Origin: Macrostomum lignano
Taxonomy: Eukaryota
Reading direction: 5' to 3'
Length of the DNA: 64,000 nt
Assembly (NCBI GenBank): GCA_002269645.1
Contig: NIVC01003345.1
Span: 1-64,000 of the forward strand
Position numbers and translations under genes: made by a program. Below are positions 40,085 through 52,560 of the stretch, in pieces (within the stretch, counting starts at the first letter, position 1; each line of letters starts with the position of its first letter). Under the pieces are notes generated by a model that saw nothing but the letters and a program-made list of their open reading frames with translations, was not told the origin of the DNA and searched no databases.

Positions 40085-40820
40085 GGGAGAGAGATGAAAT
40101 GCCAAGATAGGGTGGAGGCTCAGAGTGTACATCCGGGGGAGAGAGATGAAATGCCAAGATAGGGTGGAGTGCTCAGAGTGTACATCCGGGGGAGAGAGAT
40201 GAAATGCGAAGATAAGGTGGAGGCTCAGAGTGTACATTCGGGGAGAGAGATGAAATGCGAAGATAGGGTGGAGGGCTCAGAGTGTACATCCGGGGGAGAG
40301 AGATGAAATGCCAAGATAGGGTGGAGTGCTCAGAGTGTACATTCGGGGAGAGAGATGAAATGCGAAGATAAGGTGGAGGGCTCAGAGTGTACGTTCGGGA
40401 GAGAGATGAAATGCGAAGATAGGGTGGAGGCTCAGAGTGTACGTTCGGGAGAGAGAGATGAAATGCCAAGATAGGGTGTAGGGCTCAGAGTGTACATTCG
40501 GGGAGAGAGATGAAATGCGAAGATAGGGTGGAGGCTCAGAGTGTACATTCGGGAGAGAGAGATGAAATGCCAAGATAGGGTGTAGGGCTCAGAGTGTACA
40601 TTCGGGGAGAGAGATAAAATGCCAAGATAGGGTGGAGGGCTCAGAGTGTACATCCGGGGGAGAGAGATGAAATGCGAAGATAGGGTGGAGGGCTCAGAGT
40701 GTACATCCGGGGGAGAGAGATAAATTGCCAAGAAAAGGTGGAGGGCTCAGAGTGTACGTTCGGGAGAGAGATGAAATGCCAAGATAGGGTGGAGGCTCAG
40801 AGTGTACGTTCGGGAGAGAC
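40085..40820. repeat. ~52-bp minisatellite
   Basis: Fills the nAChR intron before the loop C exon. Confidence 0.92.
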
Positions 40821-40949
40821 ACTTGCCCGTGCAAACGCATTGTTATTATTAGAAACTTAAAAATCAAAAGTTGATTGTTTCAAAAAGTTGATCAACCTAT
40901 AGAACTTGGAGACTAACACAATTATTTTATCATTAATTAATAGTCTCAC

Positions 40950-41028
40950 CTCCTGTCGCTCCACATCGATTCTAATCAGATTCCACTCTCCACTTTGAAC
41001 ATAATTTTGAAAGTCAACCTCATCCCGC
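40950..41028 (-). CDS. nAChR common exon (loop F)
   Basis: TTTCAG|G-RDEVDFQNYVQSGEWNLIRIDVERQE|GTGAGA. Confidence 0.9.
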
Positions 41029-41117
41029 CTGAAATTTTAGTTTTCGCGATTTACTCTGAGTAGCATGAATTGAGTTTTTCGTCTTTCCAATTGAAAAAGG
41101 CTAAAAAATCTTCTCAC

Positions 41118-41315
41118 TTCTTGGTGATGTTAACTTGAAATCCGTCGTAGGTCCACGAGCCGAATTTCATCGTGCACACCTGGTCGTCGAATGGGAAATA
41201 AGTGATGTCGATTTTGCAGGTCGATCTGAGCTTGGCCGGCGGCGGCCAGAACACGGTGCCGTTGGCATCGACCATCGCCTTGCTCTGCATGTAGCCCGTG
41301 GTGAAGTCATCGGCG
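41118..41315 (-). CDS. nAChR common exon (Cys-loop, loop B)
   Basis: [65 protein letters not shown], containing the C-x13-C loop. Donor GTGAGA. Confidence 0.95.
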
Positions 41316-41474
41316 CTAAAAAAAGTAAAAAAAATTGTAATTAAAATTCAGTAAATTGTCAAATCAGAAATTTTTTAAGCGATTTAAATCTTTTTCCGGC
41401 ACTTTTACAAAAAACGGCAACAAAATGCTCAACTTGTCTACTAATAGTCAGTAGCAAAACTCGGACAGGCTCAC

Positions 41475-41584
41475 CTATTATAAAGTACAATATCGGGCAG
41501 CCAAATCTTCTGACAGGGAATGCGCAAGATTTCCAATCCGTTGTACTCCTTGGGATCCCAGTGGAGTCGCTCGTCGTGCCATTC
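41475..41584 (-). CDS. nAChR common exon (110 nt, loop A)
   Basis: TTTCTAG|EWHDERLHWDPKEYNGLEILRIPCQKIWLPDIVLYN|GTGAGC, phase 2. Confidence 0.93.
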
Positions 41585-41809
41585 CTAGAAATAGGAGGGA
41601 ATCGGGGCTGCTCGCGATCGCTGCTAAACTGTTTAGCATAATTGTCCTAGAAATGCTATCCAGGCTTGTCAGCTAAGATCTAATTTGAATAGAATTTCAT
41701 TTGCAAAATCTTGAGTCTGTTGAAATACAAACTCTGTTCTACAATGCAAGGATCACTAGTAGTCCTTGATGGGGCAGGCTTGATATTGGTTTGACAACTT
41801 TGTCAACCG

Positions 41810-42320
41810 GAATCTTCACCAGCCCGAATCTTCACTAATCTGAATTTCACCAACCCAAATCTTCATCAACCCGAATTTTCACCAACCCGAATCGTCACCA
41901 ACCCGAATCTTCACCAACCCGAATCTTCACCAACCCAAATCTTCAATAACCTGAATCTTCACCAACCCGAACCTTCACTAATCCGAATCTTTACAAACCC
42001 GAATCTTCACCAACCCAAATCTTCAATCCGAACCTTCACTAACCCGAATCTTCACCAACCCGAATCTTCACCAACCCAAATCTTCAATAACCCGAACCTT
42101 CACTAATCCGAATCTTTACAAACCCGAATCTTCACCAACCCGAATCTTCAATAACCTGAATCTTCACCAACCCGAACCTTCACTAATCCGAATCTTTACA
42201 AACCCGAATCTTCACCAACCCGAATCTTCAATCCGAATATTCACTAATCCGAATCTTCACCAATCCGAATCTTTACTGACTAGAATCTTCACATACCCGA
42301 ATCTTCACCAACCTGAATAA
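41810..42320. repeat. ~16-bp array (ACCAACCCGAATCTTC)
   Basis: In an nAChR intron. Confidence 0.88.
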
Positions 42321-42714
42321 GCAGATTTTTACTATCCTATCCTTAAAGTCTTCTAACATCCTTTCGTACAAACCCGGCCATCGGATGCCGATAAAAAATC
42401 CCCAAAAAGTTTTACACTGCCAATCCCAAGTAGGTGGGAACGCAGGCAGTTGCCGTTGCGAGTCATAAACGAAAGTTATCGTTTATTTCAACACTCGACA
42501 CCTGTCAAGATATTGGCAGTTAAGCCAAGTGCAGCTGCACAGATATTTTTTCAATGCAGACACGGAGACTGTAAATGCCTGACGATTAGAAAGTCAAAGT
42601 ACACCCAGTGTGAGCATGTGTTTGAGTGCTGTGCCTGAGTACAGTATTGGCTCACTTGCATGCGCTCAGGAGCTAGCGGATAGATCCCAGGAAAACAAGC
42701 ACAGCTAGACTCAC

Positions 42715-42759
42715 CTGCTCCAGCCAGACATTGGTAGTCAGCACTTGGTTAACCTCATC
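42715..42759 (-). CDS. nAChR common exon (45 nt, loop D)
   Basis: TTTCAG|DEVNQVLTTNVWLEQ|GTGAGT. Confidence 0.92.
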
Positions 42760-43069
42760 CTGAAAGTTAATCATTTTTTCGTAAAGGATTCAGACAACTA
42801 GAAGACTATCAGAAGACAGTAAAAGCCAGGATTCAGTCACGACTATCCCTATGATTTCCCAGAAGACTTGATGCGGATGAAAAAATTCTTTTAATCTTTT
42901 AATCCTGAATTCTTTGATCTATCTTTCGAGACTAAATTAGCTACTGTACATGTGAATGCGGAGACTGCGAGGAATACCATGGACTCTTAATTATACTTGT
43001 AAATCTGGATTGGAAACTTTTATGATTCATTTAAAAGATTGGAAAACTGAATTTAGCAGACATGAGATG

Positions 43070-43390
43070 CAGAAGGAGATGCAGATGGAGATGCAGAGGG
43101 AGATAAAGAGGGAGACACAGGAGATGCAGAAGGAGATGCAGATGGAGATGCAGATGGAGATGCAGATGGAGACACAGGAGATGCAGGAGATGTAGAGGAT
43201 GCGGCAGAGGGAGATTCAGAGGATGCGGCAGAGGGAGATGCAGATGGAGACAGAGAGGGAGCTACAGGAGAGGCAGATGGAGACAGAGAGGGAGCTACAG
43301 GAGAGGCAGATGGAGACAGAGAGGGAGCTACAGGAGAGGCAGATGGAGACAGAGAGGGAGCTACAGGAGAGGCAGATGGAGACAGAGGAA
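43070..43390. repeat. Purine-rich 12-bp and 33-bp repeats
   Basis: GAGATGCAGATG units, then GAGACAGAGAGGGAGCTACAGGAGAGGCAGATG units. Confidence 0.85.
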
Positions 43391-43959
43391 GGACAGCCAG
43401 ACACAGTCGGTCCCCACTCCAGACCCAATATCGCAGGCCTCCATGACTGGCATCAAATCGATTCCAGCCACTGTTGAGTCCCTCAGATTTGCTGCACGAA
43501 CGGACACAACTAATTCAAGATAATAGATAAGAGGGTGAAGTGAGATTCCGCACTCAACCCTACTCTCGCTACACTGTCACACTGCTAGGACGCTAAATTA
43601 GACACCCGTCTATCTGCCCAGATCCCCACTGAGTAAGAGATGTAGAGTGGCTTGTGAGAGGAGGCAGAATCCTCGCATTGCAATTTCAGACTCCGCCGCA
43701 TCCCTACTTCATCTACTCTATCTTCCTTATCTATTCTAATAGTTTCTTGAGCTTGTTTTGCAGATAATCCAGTGGTTGCTGTTGTTGCACCGGGCATGCG
43801 GAGCCTTCTGCTCATCCGGTGTGAGGGCTGAGAGTTCGCGTCTTCAGCTCATTATTGTGAGCGCAGAAAAGACGCAGCCAAGTGGCATAATCCAGGATGA
43901 CTAGCTGAGAGGCTGAATGAGAAGCTGAGGGAGATGCAGAAGAGGTAGAGGGAAAGAGG

Positions 43960-44377
43960 GCAGGCAGAGGGCCGGAGGGGCAGGCAGAGGGGCGGAGGGG
44001 CAGGCAGAGGGGCGGAGGGGCAGGCAGAGGGGCGGAGGGGCAGGCAGAGGGGCGGAGGGCAGGCAGAGGGGCGGAGGGCAGGCAGAGGACGGAGGGGCAG
44101 GCAGAGGGGCGGAGGGCAGGCAGAGGGGCGGAGGGGCAGGCAGAGGGGCGGAGGGCAGGCAGAGGGGCGGAGGGCAGGCAGAGGGGCGGAGGGCAGTCAG
44201 AGGGGCGGAGGGCAGGCAGAGGGGCGGAGGGCAGGCAGAGGGGCGGAGGGCAGGCAGAGGGGCGGAGGGCAGGCAGAGGGGCGGAGGGCAGGCAGAGGGG
44301 CGGAGGGCAAGCAGAGGGGCGGAGGGCAGGCAGAGGGGCGGAGGGGCAGGCAGAGGGGCGGAGGGCAGGCAGAGGGG
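43960..44377. repeat. 19-20-bp G-rich array (GGCAGAGGGGCGGAGGGCA)
   Basis: Starts about 9 nt after the isoform B exon 2 donor. Confidence 0.92.
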
Positions 44378-44385
44378 ACACTGAC

Positions 44386-44543
44386 CATGTCTGTAATGAG
44401 GATGAGGGCGAACCCGAAGCGCACTGTGACCTGGTCGGAAGCGTTAATGACCGGCCTCACGGAGGGGTCATAGCGGATCATGAGGTTCTCCATGAGCTGC
44501 TGCTCGTCAGGTTTTTGTTTGCCCGTGCCGAGGCGCCTGTCGC
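44386..44543 (-). CDS. nAChR-like subunit, isoform B exon 2 (alpha1 helix + beta1)
   Basis: Acceptor CTCTTCAG|GC at 44543 (phase 1). Reads DEQQLMENLMIRYDPSVRPVINASDQVTVRFGFALILITDM. Donor ATG|GTCAGT at 44386/44385, phase 0. Confidence 0.88.
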
Positions 44544-44959
44544 CTGAAGAGCGAATGAGCATTTCTTGTTTTTTTGTTTGATTGACAGCCGATGTAGTCT
44601 GACTGTTTTCATTGCTTATTACCTTAATTAAAAGCCGAACATTACACCTTTTGCAGCCTATTTAACACTACAGGCATATTTATTAATTATTGATTAGAAA
44701 GTTTCCAGTGAACACTGAATCCTGAGCTGCCTTAGCTGAGTACAGTGACTGAATCCTGAGCTGCCTTCTACAAAACCAGTTCCGCCCAAGCTACAAGAGA
44801 ACCAATTAAGAGATTAAGGAAATTCCGCCAGGGTTTTTATGCAACCCCTGAATCCTTTATTCAATCAGCTTTTTAGTTTGATGCCCGAAAAGCAGAAATT
44901 CTGCAACTCGATGTCCAGACTCCCTGACGGCAGCGGCTTTGCCCAATGGCGATGCTCAC

Positions 44960-45178
44960 CAACTGGGATATCTGCACCATCGCAATCTGGAACCGGACTT
45001 CCAGCGTTGCCGACGCATCAATGGTGGGCCTGGATGCCGGCTCGTAGCCCGTGAGCAGGTGGGTGAGCAGCCGCTGCTCATCTGTGACCGCGGCCGACGG
45101 CTCTGCTGTCGAACAGGCCACCAAAGAGGACTCAAGAAGGCCAGCAAACAGACAGACTATGACGTTCAGATGTGGCAT
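44960..45178 (-). CDS. nAChR-like subunit, isoform A first exon (signal peptide + alpha1 helix + beta1)
   Basis: MPHLNVIVCLFAGLLESSLVA...DEQRLLTHLLTGYEPASRP...VRFQIAMVQISQL. Donor TTG|GTGAGC at 44960/44959, phase 0. Confidence 0.85.
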
Positions 45179-45236
45179 TCTTTAGCTTAGAGTGAAATTT
45201 CCCGACTTTCTTTTGCAACCTCTGTTTGTCCGCTCG

Positions 45237-45244
45237 TATATATA
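45237..45244 (-). promoter_or_regulatory. TATA-like element upstream of nAChR isoform A
   Basis: TATATATA lies 59-66 nt upstream of the ATG at 45178. Confidence 0.35.
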
Positions 45245-45609
45245 GAAGAAAATCTATTTAGACACATGCGTGCCAAGCTGGCTACTTATATGAGTAGAAG
45301 GCACTGTCTAGAGGTCATTTTTTCTTTGAAGAGGATAAATGGGAAAAATCAATGAATAAAATCTACGAAATCTCAAGTCCACTTGACTCGAAGCTGTAAT
45401 GTTCATGTCCAAAATCACTTGGCCGATGTCTGTCTGTCTTTTCTATTTGAACTGGCTATAGAGTCTTGAAGATATGAAAGCTGAACTTGAGTCTGTCAAT
45501 CATAATCTGATGGAATCACCGCTTTAGGAAATCTCCCTGCCTGATCTTCTGCAGAGCCATTCGTGACTTACTGGGGAAAATTATGGTAAGGGGGAAATGC
45601 GCACCCGAA

Positions 45610-46290
45610 ACTGCGCATCACAAACTGCACATCACAAACTGCACATCACAAACTGCACATCACAAACTGCACATCACAAGCTGCACGTCACAAGCTGCAC
45701 ATCACAAACTGCACATCTCAAACTGCATATCACAAGCTGCACATCTCAAACTGCACATCTCAAACTGCACATCTCAAACTGCATATCCCAAACTGCACAT
45801 CTCAAACTGCATATCACAAGCTGCACATCTCAAACTGCACATCTCAAACTGCACATCACAAACTGCACATCTCAAACTACACATCACAAACTGCACATCA
45901 CAAACTGCATATCACAAGCTGCACATCTCAAACTACACATCACAAACTGCACATCTCAAACTGCATATCACAAGCTGCACATCTCAAACTGCACATCTCA
46001 AACTGCACATCTCAAACTGCACATCTCAAACTGCACATCTCAAACTGCACATCTCAAACTGCATATCACAAGCTGCACATCTCAAACTGCACATCTCAAA
46101 CTGCACATCTCAAACTGCACATCTCAAACTGCATATCACAAACTGCATATCACAAACTGCATATCACAAGCTGCACATCTCAAACTGCACATCTCAAACT
46201 GCACATCTCAAACTGCACATCTCAAACTGCATATCACAAACTGCACATCTCAAACTGCACATCACAAACTGCACATCACAAACTACACAT
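45610..46290. repeat. 14-bp array (CACATCTCAAACTG)
   Basis: Lies between the two alternative first exons. Confidence 0.92.
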
Positions 46291-46446
46291 CACCTAAATT
46301 TGAATATCTAAATTAAAATTTTACATTGCATTGTTTTGTTTCGACTATATAATTTACTAAGCTATTATAGGATCTTTCTAGGAAAATACGCCTAATTTAA
46401 CAGGTATAAAAGTAAGAATTTGATAAAATACATTTGAATAACTCAC

Positions 46447-46561
46447 TAGAATTGGTAGTATCAGCAGTGGAGCAGAAGATCACATCGCAGAAAACAATAA
46501 TAATGGACAAATTAATTACTAAAAGTCTAGAGAACTTATTCAAGCACCAGTGAGGTACCAT
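46447..46561 (-). CDS. nAChR-like subunit, isoform B exon 1 (signal peptide)
   Basis: ATG at 46561 gives MVPHWCLNKFSRLLVINLSIIIVFCDVIFCSTADTTNS. Consensus donor A|GTGAGT at 46447/46446 is phase 1, matching the phase-1 acceptor at 44543. Confidence 0.7.
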
Positions 46562-47091
46562 GGTGCTCAGCCTTAGGCCATTGATTGCTCCAAAAAGTCT
46601 CCAGTCAAACCTGGCATTTCGCCTTGACTCTCGGGAGCTTGTAGAGCTATAAAAAAGGATTTTTTGGTCAGCCAATCAACAGACACACTGCCCGTGCAGA
46701 TTTGCGAGCTCTCTACCTTCAGTCAGTCAGTCTTATGAAATGAAAATCCAGATCTTAATCCCCCGGAAAAACCTGGGGCTAGAGGGCCAACTGGGCGCAC
46801 CTGTCAGCAAGTCCCCCGGCTTCCTTGAAGTCTTGAGCTATACGGGAAGTCTTGAATAAGTGCAACTCCTCAAGAGAAGTCTCGAACTCTCTGCTCTGAG
46901 AAAGATCCTGCTTAGTTAAGTTAGGTATTCTTCCTGAGTGTGGATTTTTGTCATGCTCTTCGTCTGAGTAATGTTTGCACACTTCTAAGCATTTCTCTTT
47001 CAGAGAAGACAGGTCATGCTATGCTACCTAAATGTACGAGTGTGAATTACAATGCACAGGTGCATAGTTAAGAAAGCACAAAAATGCAGAT

Positions 47092-47805
47092 TTGATTGTC
47101 TATGGCTTCGAAGTGATTGTCTATGGCTCTGATAGGATTGTCTATGGCTCCGAAATCATTGTCTATGGCTCTGATAGGATTGTCTATGGCTCCGAAATCA
47201 TTGTCTATGGCTCTGATATGATTGTCTATGGCTTCGAAATGATTGTCTATGGCTCTGAAATGATTGTCTATGGCTCTGAAATGATTGTCTATGGCTCTGG
47301 TATGATTGTCTATGGCTCTGATATGATTGTCTATGGCTCTGATATGATTGTCTATGGCTCCGATATGATTGTCTATGGCTCTGATATGATTGTCTATGGC
47401 TCTGATATGATTGTCTTTGGCTCAAAAATGTCTATGGCTCTGATATGATTGTCTTTGGCTCTGATATGATTGTCTATGGCTCTGATATGATTGTCTTTGG
47501 CTCAAAAATGTCTATGGCTCTGAAATGAATGTCTACAGCTTCGAAATGATTGTCTATGGCTCTGAAATGATTGTCTACGGCTTCGAAATGATTGTCTATG
47601 GCTCTGATATGATTGTCTATGGCTCTGATATGATTGTCTATGGCTCTGATATGATTATGGCTTTGGAATCATTGTCTATGGCTCTGAAATGACTGTCTAT
47701 GGCTCTGAAATCATTGTGTATGGCTCCGAAATCATTGTCTATGGCTCTGAAATCATTGTGTATGGCTCCGAAATCATTGTCTATGGCTCTGAAATCATTC
47801 TCTAT
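47092..47805. repeat. 21-bp array (GATTGTCTATGGCTCTGATAT)
   Basis: Tandem units. Confidence 0.92.
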
Positions 47806-48169
47806 GACGCCGAAACAACTTTTCTCACGTTAATAATATCAAGCTTAATTTCCCACTCGGCCAAAAACTATTTTTATAGCGACTTCGAACAGTTGAATTC
47901 AAGTGGTTCCATTTCTAATCCGCTTTCTCCCCCATTTCATCAAACCAAGTGCAGCTGAACACTCGACTCCAACCCGTTTCGAAAGGATCTAAAGCACAGC
48001 AAGCAGCGGTTAAGGCGAAAAGTACATTGAAGAAGAAGCGATGGCGGCTTTAATAGCAAAGTGCTTTCGCCCTCAGATGGACAGGTGCTATTTAATGGAA
48101 ATATACGAACGTACGTTCTTTGCACTTTAGTATAATGACCGAATGTCCGCTTCTGTAATCTCGTAGTGA

Positions 48170-48185
48170 CTGTCTTTGTCTGTCC

Positions 48186-48268
<83 letters not shown>

Positions 48269-48290
48269 AGTCAGTCTGTCTGCCTGCCTG
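48170..48290. repeat. (TGTC)n microsatellite
   Basis: Direct reading. Confidence 0.95.
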
Positions 48291-49162
48291 CCCATCTAAC
48301 TCAGGGATCACTCAGCCCAACTGTCAGCAATCAGAGCCAGTTCGGGCTGAATTCCCGGCAAAGTTTTGGCCGAGAGACTTAACGAACCGAGCACGCCACA
48401 GGCGGCCCCCAACTCCTGCTCGCTCTTGCATTTATCCCATTCTGTCGAGCCAAACTTTGCCGGTCAGCGCCCAGCTCCCCTCCCAGTCTCCCTTCATCTC
48501 TCCCCTCTTTAGCTGCAGTATTCGCCTTTGCCTTCTTGGGCTGCGCATGTCTGCCCCAGGTTGTGAGGTCTCTTGCCGCTTAACTAAGTAAGTAAGAAGT
48601 CGGAATTAAATAGTTTTATCCCATTCTCCCTCCTAAAGTAAATTGCGTTACGGCTTCTTTTCCGCCCTGTTAGCTACAGAAAAAACTAAACTAAAAGATA
48701 CAAAGAAGCGCGCCTTGGACTGCTCAGAGTTGCTTTTAGAAGACAAGATTAATTATGTATAGCGAAATGCTTTTTTTGCCTGGGTGCAAATGCATGAAAT
48801 GCTTTTAGTGCGGTTGCAATTTTACTGCTGATTGCAAAATCAAAAAAGGCTTGATCTAGATGACATTGGAATTTCGGGACTGTGTTATTATTGACCTGTC
48901 GATCAGCCTCTGCTGCGGGGGTCGAGTTTTGAATGGACTGAAGGGCATCACCCGATTAAAAAGCGTTGTAATAGTTCAACTTCATTGTCTACCAGTGTAT
49001 TACATTAGCATTTTTTATCTTTCATCATTCGTTAACAGCTTCCATTGTGTACATGTACGCTCGTATAATATCCTTCAGGGAGGGAGGTACATGAACAATG
49101 TCTGGATATTGATGTCATTATTAGCATCATCTTTCAAGAGGTACATGAACAACGTCTGGACT

Positions 49163-49790
49163 CAGGGGCGTCGCCATATGGATTTTATGGTAGAGGGACA
49201 AAGCCAAGAATTCTACATGTACATGACTAAATTCCTTCATGTACATTACTTTTACGACGTAGAATCGATGTTGTCAGCACTTATTTTTGGCGCCGCAGGC
49301 ACTCATTTTAGCGCAGCAGGCACTCATTTTAGCGCCGCAGACACTCATTTTAGCGCCACAGGCACTCATTTTAGCGCCGCAGGCACTCATTTTAGCGCAG
49401 CAGGCACTCATTTTAGCGCCGCAGGCACTCATTTTGGCGCTGCAGGCACTCATTTTAGCTCAGCAGGCACCCATTTTAGCGCCGCAGGCACTCATTTTAG
49501 CGCAGCAGGCACTCATTTTAGCGCCGCAGGCACTCATTTTAGCGCCGCAGGCACTCATTTTAGCGCCGCAGGCACTCATTTTAGCGCCGCAGGCACTCAT
49601 TTTAGCGCCGCAGGCACTCATTTTTCTACTAGTGCCGCAGGCGCTATATTTTGTCGCCCTGAAGCAAAATTATTGATTTTCATAACGGGTAACAAGGTGG
49701 GGTGGGGGGGACAAAGCATTGGCATGTCCCCCCATAGATTTTACTGGGGGGACATGTCCCACTGCCCCCCTCCCAGTGGCGACGCCCCTG
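49163..49790. mobile_element. Non-autonomous TIR element (MITE, hAT-like) carrying a 21-bp minisatellite
   Basis: Perfect 14-bp TIRs CAGGGGCGTCGCCA at 49163-49176 and 49777-49790. The 8-bp flanks TCTGGACT and TCTGCTCT match at 6/8 positions (degenerate TSD). Confidence 0.75.
49280..49640. repeat. 21-bp array (GCAGGCACTCATTTTAGCGCC) inside the MITE
   Basis: About 17 tandem units between the TIRs. Confidence 0.92.
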
Positions 49791-50464
49791 TCTGCTCTGA
49801 TGTTTGCATTCATAATGTGCTTGATATGAGCTGCAATGGTGTTATATCAGAGAAATTCAGAATGCAAAATGCAGTAGCAGTTCATTTCTGTATTCCACAC
49901 CTTTTTGAGCGGCCACAATCGCGCTTAAATAACTTATGGATTTGGAAGCAGTTCAAATAAAAGCGCTGACTTATATAGCGCATTATTAACTGCTCAGGTT
50001 AACAGGCAAGCAGGTCGGCCGAGGTTAATTTGGTATGCAATATTTGCGGTTGGCAAACGCATTTCATATTTTTCTTTTTATTATTTGCATGAACTGGAAA
50101 AACGATTTTGTATATATAATAATTGTTCAACCAACTATGAAAATCGGCGCAGTAAGGCATTTTAGTCAACCAGAAGCTTACGGTGCAACCCATATCTGAT
50201 ATAGTTATCAATATACATGCAATTTCTATATTACAAACCGACTGCTACATCATAAATCACTCACATCGTGAGGGCGTGCCGCAATAGACTGTGGGGAAAA
50301 TATTGTAATTATCTTGTCGTTTTCTGTCTCTCCACTCAAAAGCACTGCCTGCGCTTCTCTGGGCCTCTGCAATATCATTTTTGCTAATCTCGTGTCAGCG
50401 TGATATTATCTTTTTGTTTTATCAGATCAGGTCTTGCAGTTGTAACTCTATCACATTTGAGGCT

Positions 50465-51625
50465 CATCTACACCAAATCTAGTCCAAACACATCTAGTTT
50501 CATCTACACCACATCTAGTCTTATCTCCACCACATCTAGTCTTATCTCCATCACATCTAGTCTCATCTACACCACGTACATCGAGTCTTATCTCTAACAA
50601 ATCTAGTCTTATCTCCAGCACATCTAGTCTTATCTCCATTACATCTAGTCTTATCTCTATCACATCTAGTCTTATCTCTACCACATCTAGTCTTATCTCC
50701 ATCACATCTAGTCTCATCTACACCACGTACATCGAGTCTTATCTCTACCAAATCTAGTCTTACCTCCACCACATCTAGTCTTATCTCCATTACATCTAGT
50801 CTAATCTCTATCACATCTAGTCTTATCTCTACCACATCTAGTCTCATCTACACCAAATCTAGTCTTATCTCCAGCACATCTAGTCATCTACGCCACATCT
50901 AGTCTTATCTCCACCACATCTAGTCACATCTACACCACATCTATTCTTATCTACATCACATCTAGTCTTATCTCTATCACATCTAGTCCTATCTCCACCA
51001 CATCTAGTCTTATCACCACCATATCTAGTCTTATCACCACCATATCTAGTCTTATCTCCTTCACATCTAGTCCTATCTCCACCACATCTAGTCTTATCAC
51101 CACCACATCTAGTCTTATCTCCATCATATATAGTCTTATCTCCATCACATCTAGTCTCATCTACACCATATCTAGTTTCATCTACACCACATCTAGTCTT
51201 ATCTCCATTACATCTAGTCTTATCTCTATCACATCTAGTCTTATCTCTACCACATCTAGTCTCATCTACACCAAATCTAGTCTTATCTCCAGCACATCTA
51301 GTCATCTACGCCACATCTAGTCTTATCTCCACCACATCTAGTCTCATCTACACCACACCTATTCTTATCTACATCACATCTAGTCTTATCTCCATCACAT
51401 CTAGTCCTATCTCCACCACATCTAGTCTTATCACCACCATATCTAGTCTTATCTCCATCATATATAGTCTTATCTCCATCACATCTAGTCTCATCCTCAC
51501 CACATCCAGTCTCATTCTCATCACGTCAAGTCTCGTCCCCTTCGCGCCTATTCTCACTCCAATGACATCTACAGTTTCAACTCTAACCTACATCTAGTCT
51601 CATCTCCACCACATCTAGTCTCAGC
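50465..51625. repeat. 21-bp array (CATCTAGTCTTATCTCCACCA)
   Basis: Tandem degenerate units. Confidence 0.9.
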
Positions 51626-52269
51626 TTCATCCTGTATACTAAAATCACATTTATAATGATAGATTTCTCTGTATTACAACTAGATAGGCTGTCTCTTGTG
51701 AAGGTGGCATAAAGTACACCCTTCAATAACCGTATCAAAAGATTAAGCCAAAAAAACACAAGCAATAAATGCTTTGAGTCAATATTCAATGCACACTTTG
51801 CTCAATCTAAAGGTAGAATATATCACATTAGATCAAGAAATGCTATGACTATATTATTAAAAGTATAAAATGTTTATATATTAATAGTATAGCTACTAAA
51901 AGTAGACAATCACACAGGAGTATTATTGCATACAGTACATGGTGAACCCGAATGCTACATTGCTTAAAATCTAATGGCGGTGACCTTTTAAAGGCCTTAA
52001 AAGGCTAGAAAAATGCCCTAGATATGACCACTGTTGTGATACAGAAAATGTGTAATCTTATAACTGACTAGAAAATAGATTAATATATCATGTCAAAAAC
52101 TTACTTAATAATTTGCGCAGATTTTTTAAAAACGAATGGTCAATAAAAAACAGAACAGAGATAGAAAAAACGGCTCTTTCTACTTCAATGTCGGCTTGTG
52201 AATTTTTCTCTCTACTCTCGATGGAGGGCGAGGTAAAATGAAATCACTTCGCTTTCCAAGGATCTACAC

Positions 52270-52335
52270 CAGGGTTCGACAAACTTTTTCAACGTAAGGG
52301 CCAGATATAAAATCTAGCGCATGACTGCGGGCCAG
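52270..52335 (+). mobile_element. Orphan hAT-Charlie-like transposon terminus
   Basis: CAGGGTTCGACAAACTTTTTCAACGTAAGGGCCAGAT...TGCGGGCCA resembles Charlie/MER58-type ends from memory. It is preceded by ATCTACAC, similar to the nTCTAGAn target. No partner end found. Confidence 0.5.
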
Positions 52336-52560
52336 AGAGAGGAGAGGAGAGAAGAGAGGAGAGTAGAGATGAGAGGAGAGGGAAGAGAAGGGAGACGTGG
52401 GAGAGGGGAGAGAGGGAATGAGGGGAGAAAGGAGAGAATGAAGAGGAGAGTGGAGAGAGGGAGAGAGGAGGGAAGAGATAGGAGACGGGAGAGGTGGGGA
52501 GAGAGGAGAGAGGCGAGATGAGAGATGAGAGGATAGATGAGCGGAGAGAGGAGACCTGAG
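52330..52560. repeat. GA-rich low-complexity tract
   Basis: Direct reading. Confidence 0.8.

Noticed and set aside
43585-43815. Possible third nAChR N-terminal module (CCGGATGAGCAG reads PDEQ)
   Set aside because: The sequence after PDEQ lacks the L..L...Y....RP pattern and stops early.
48860-49960. 366-aa ORF with AAGTHFS repeats
   Set aside because: It runs through the MITE and its internal array; no domain or splice support.
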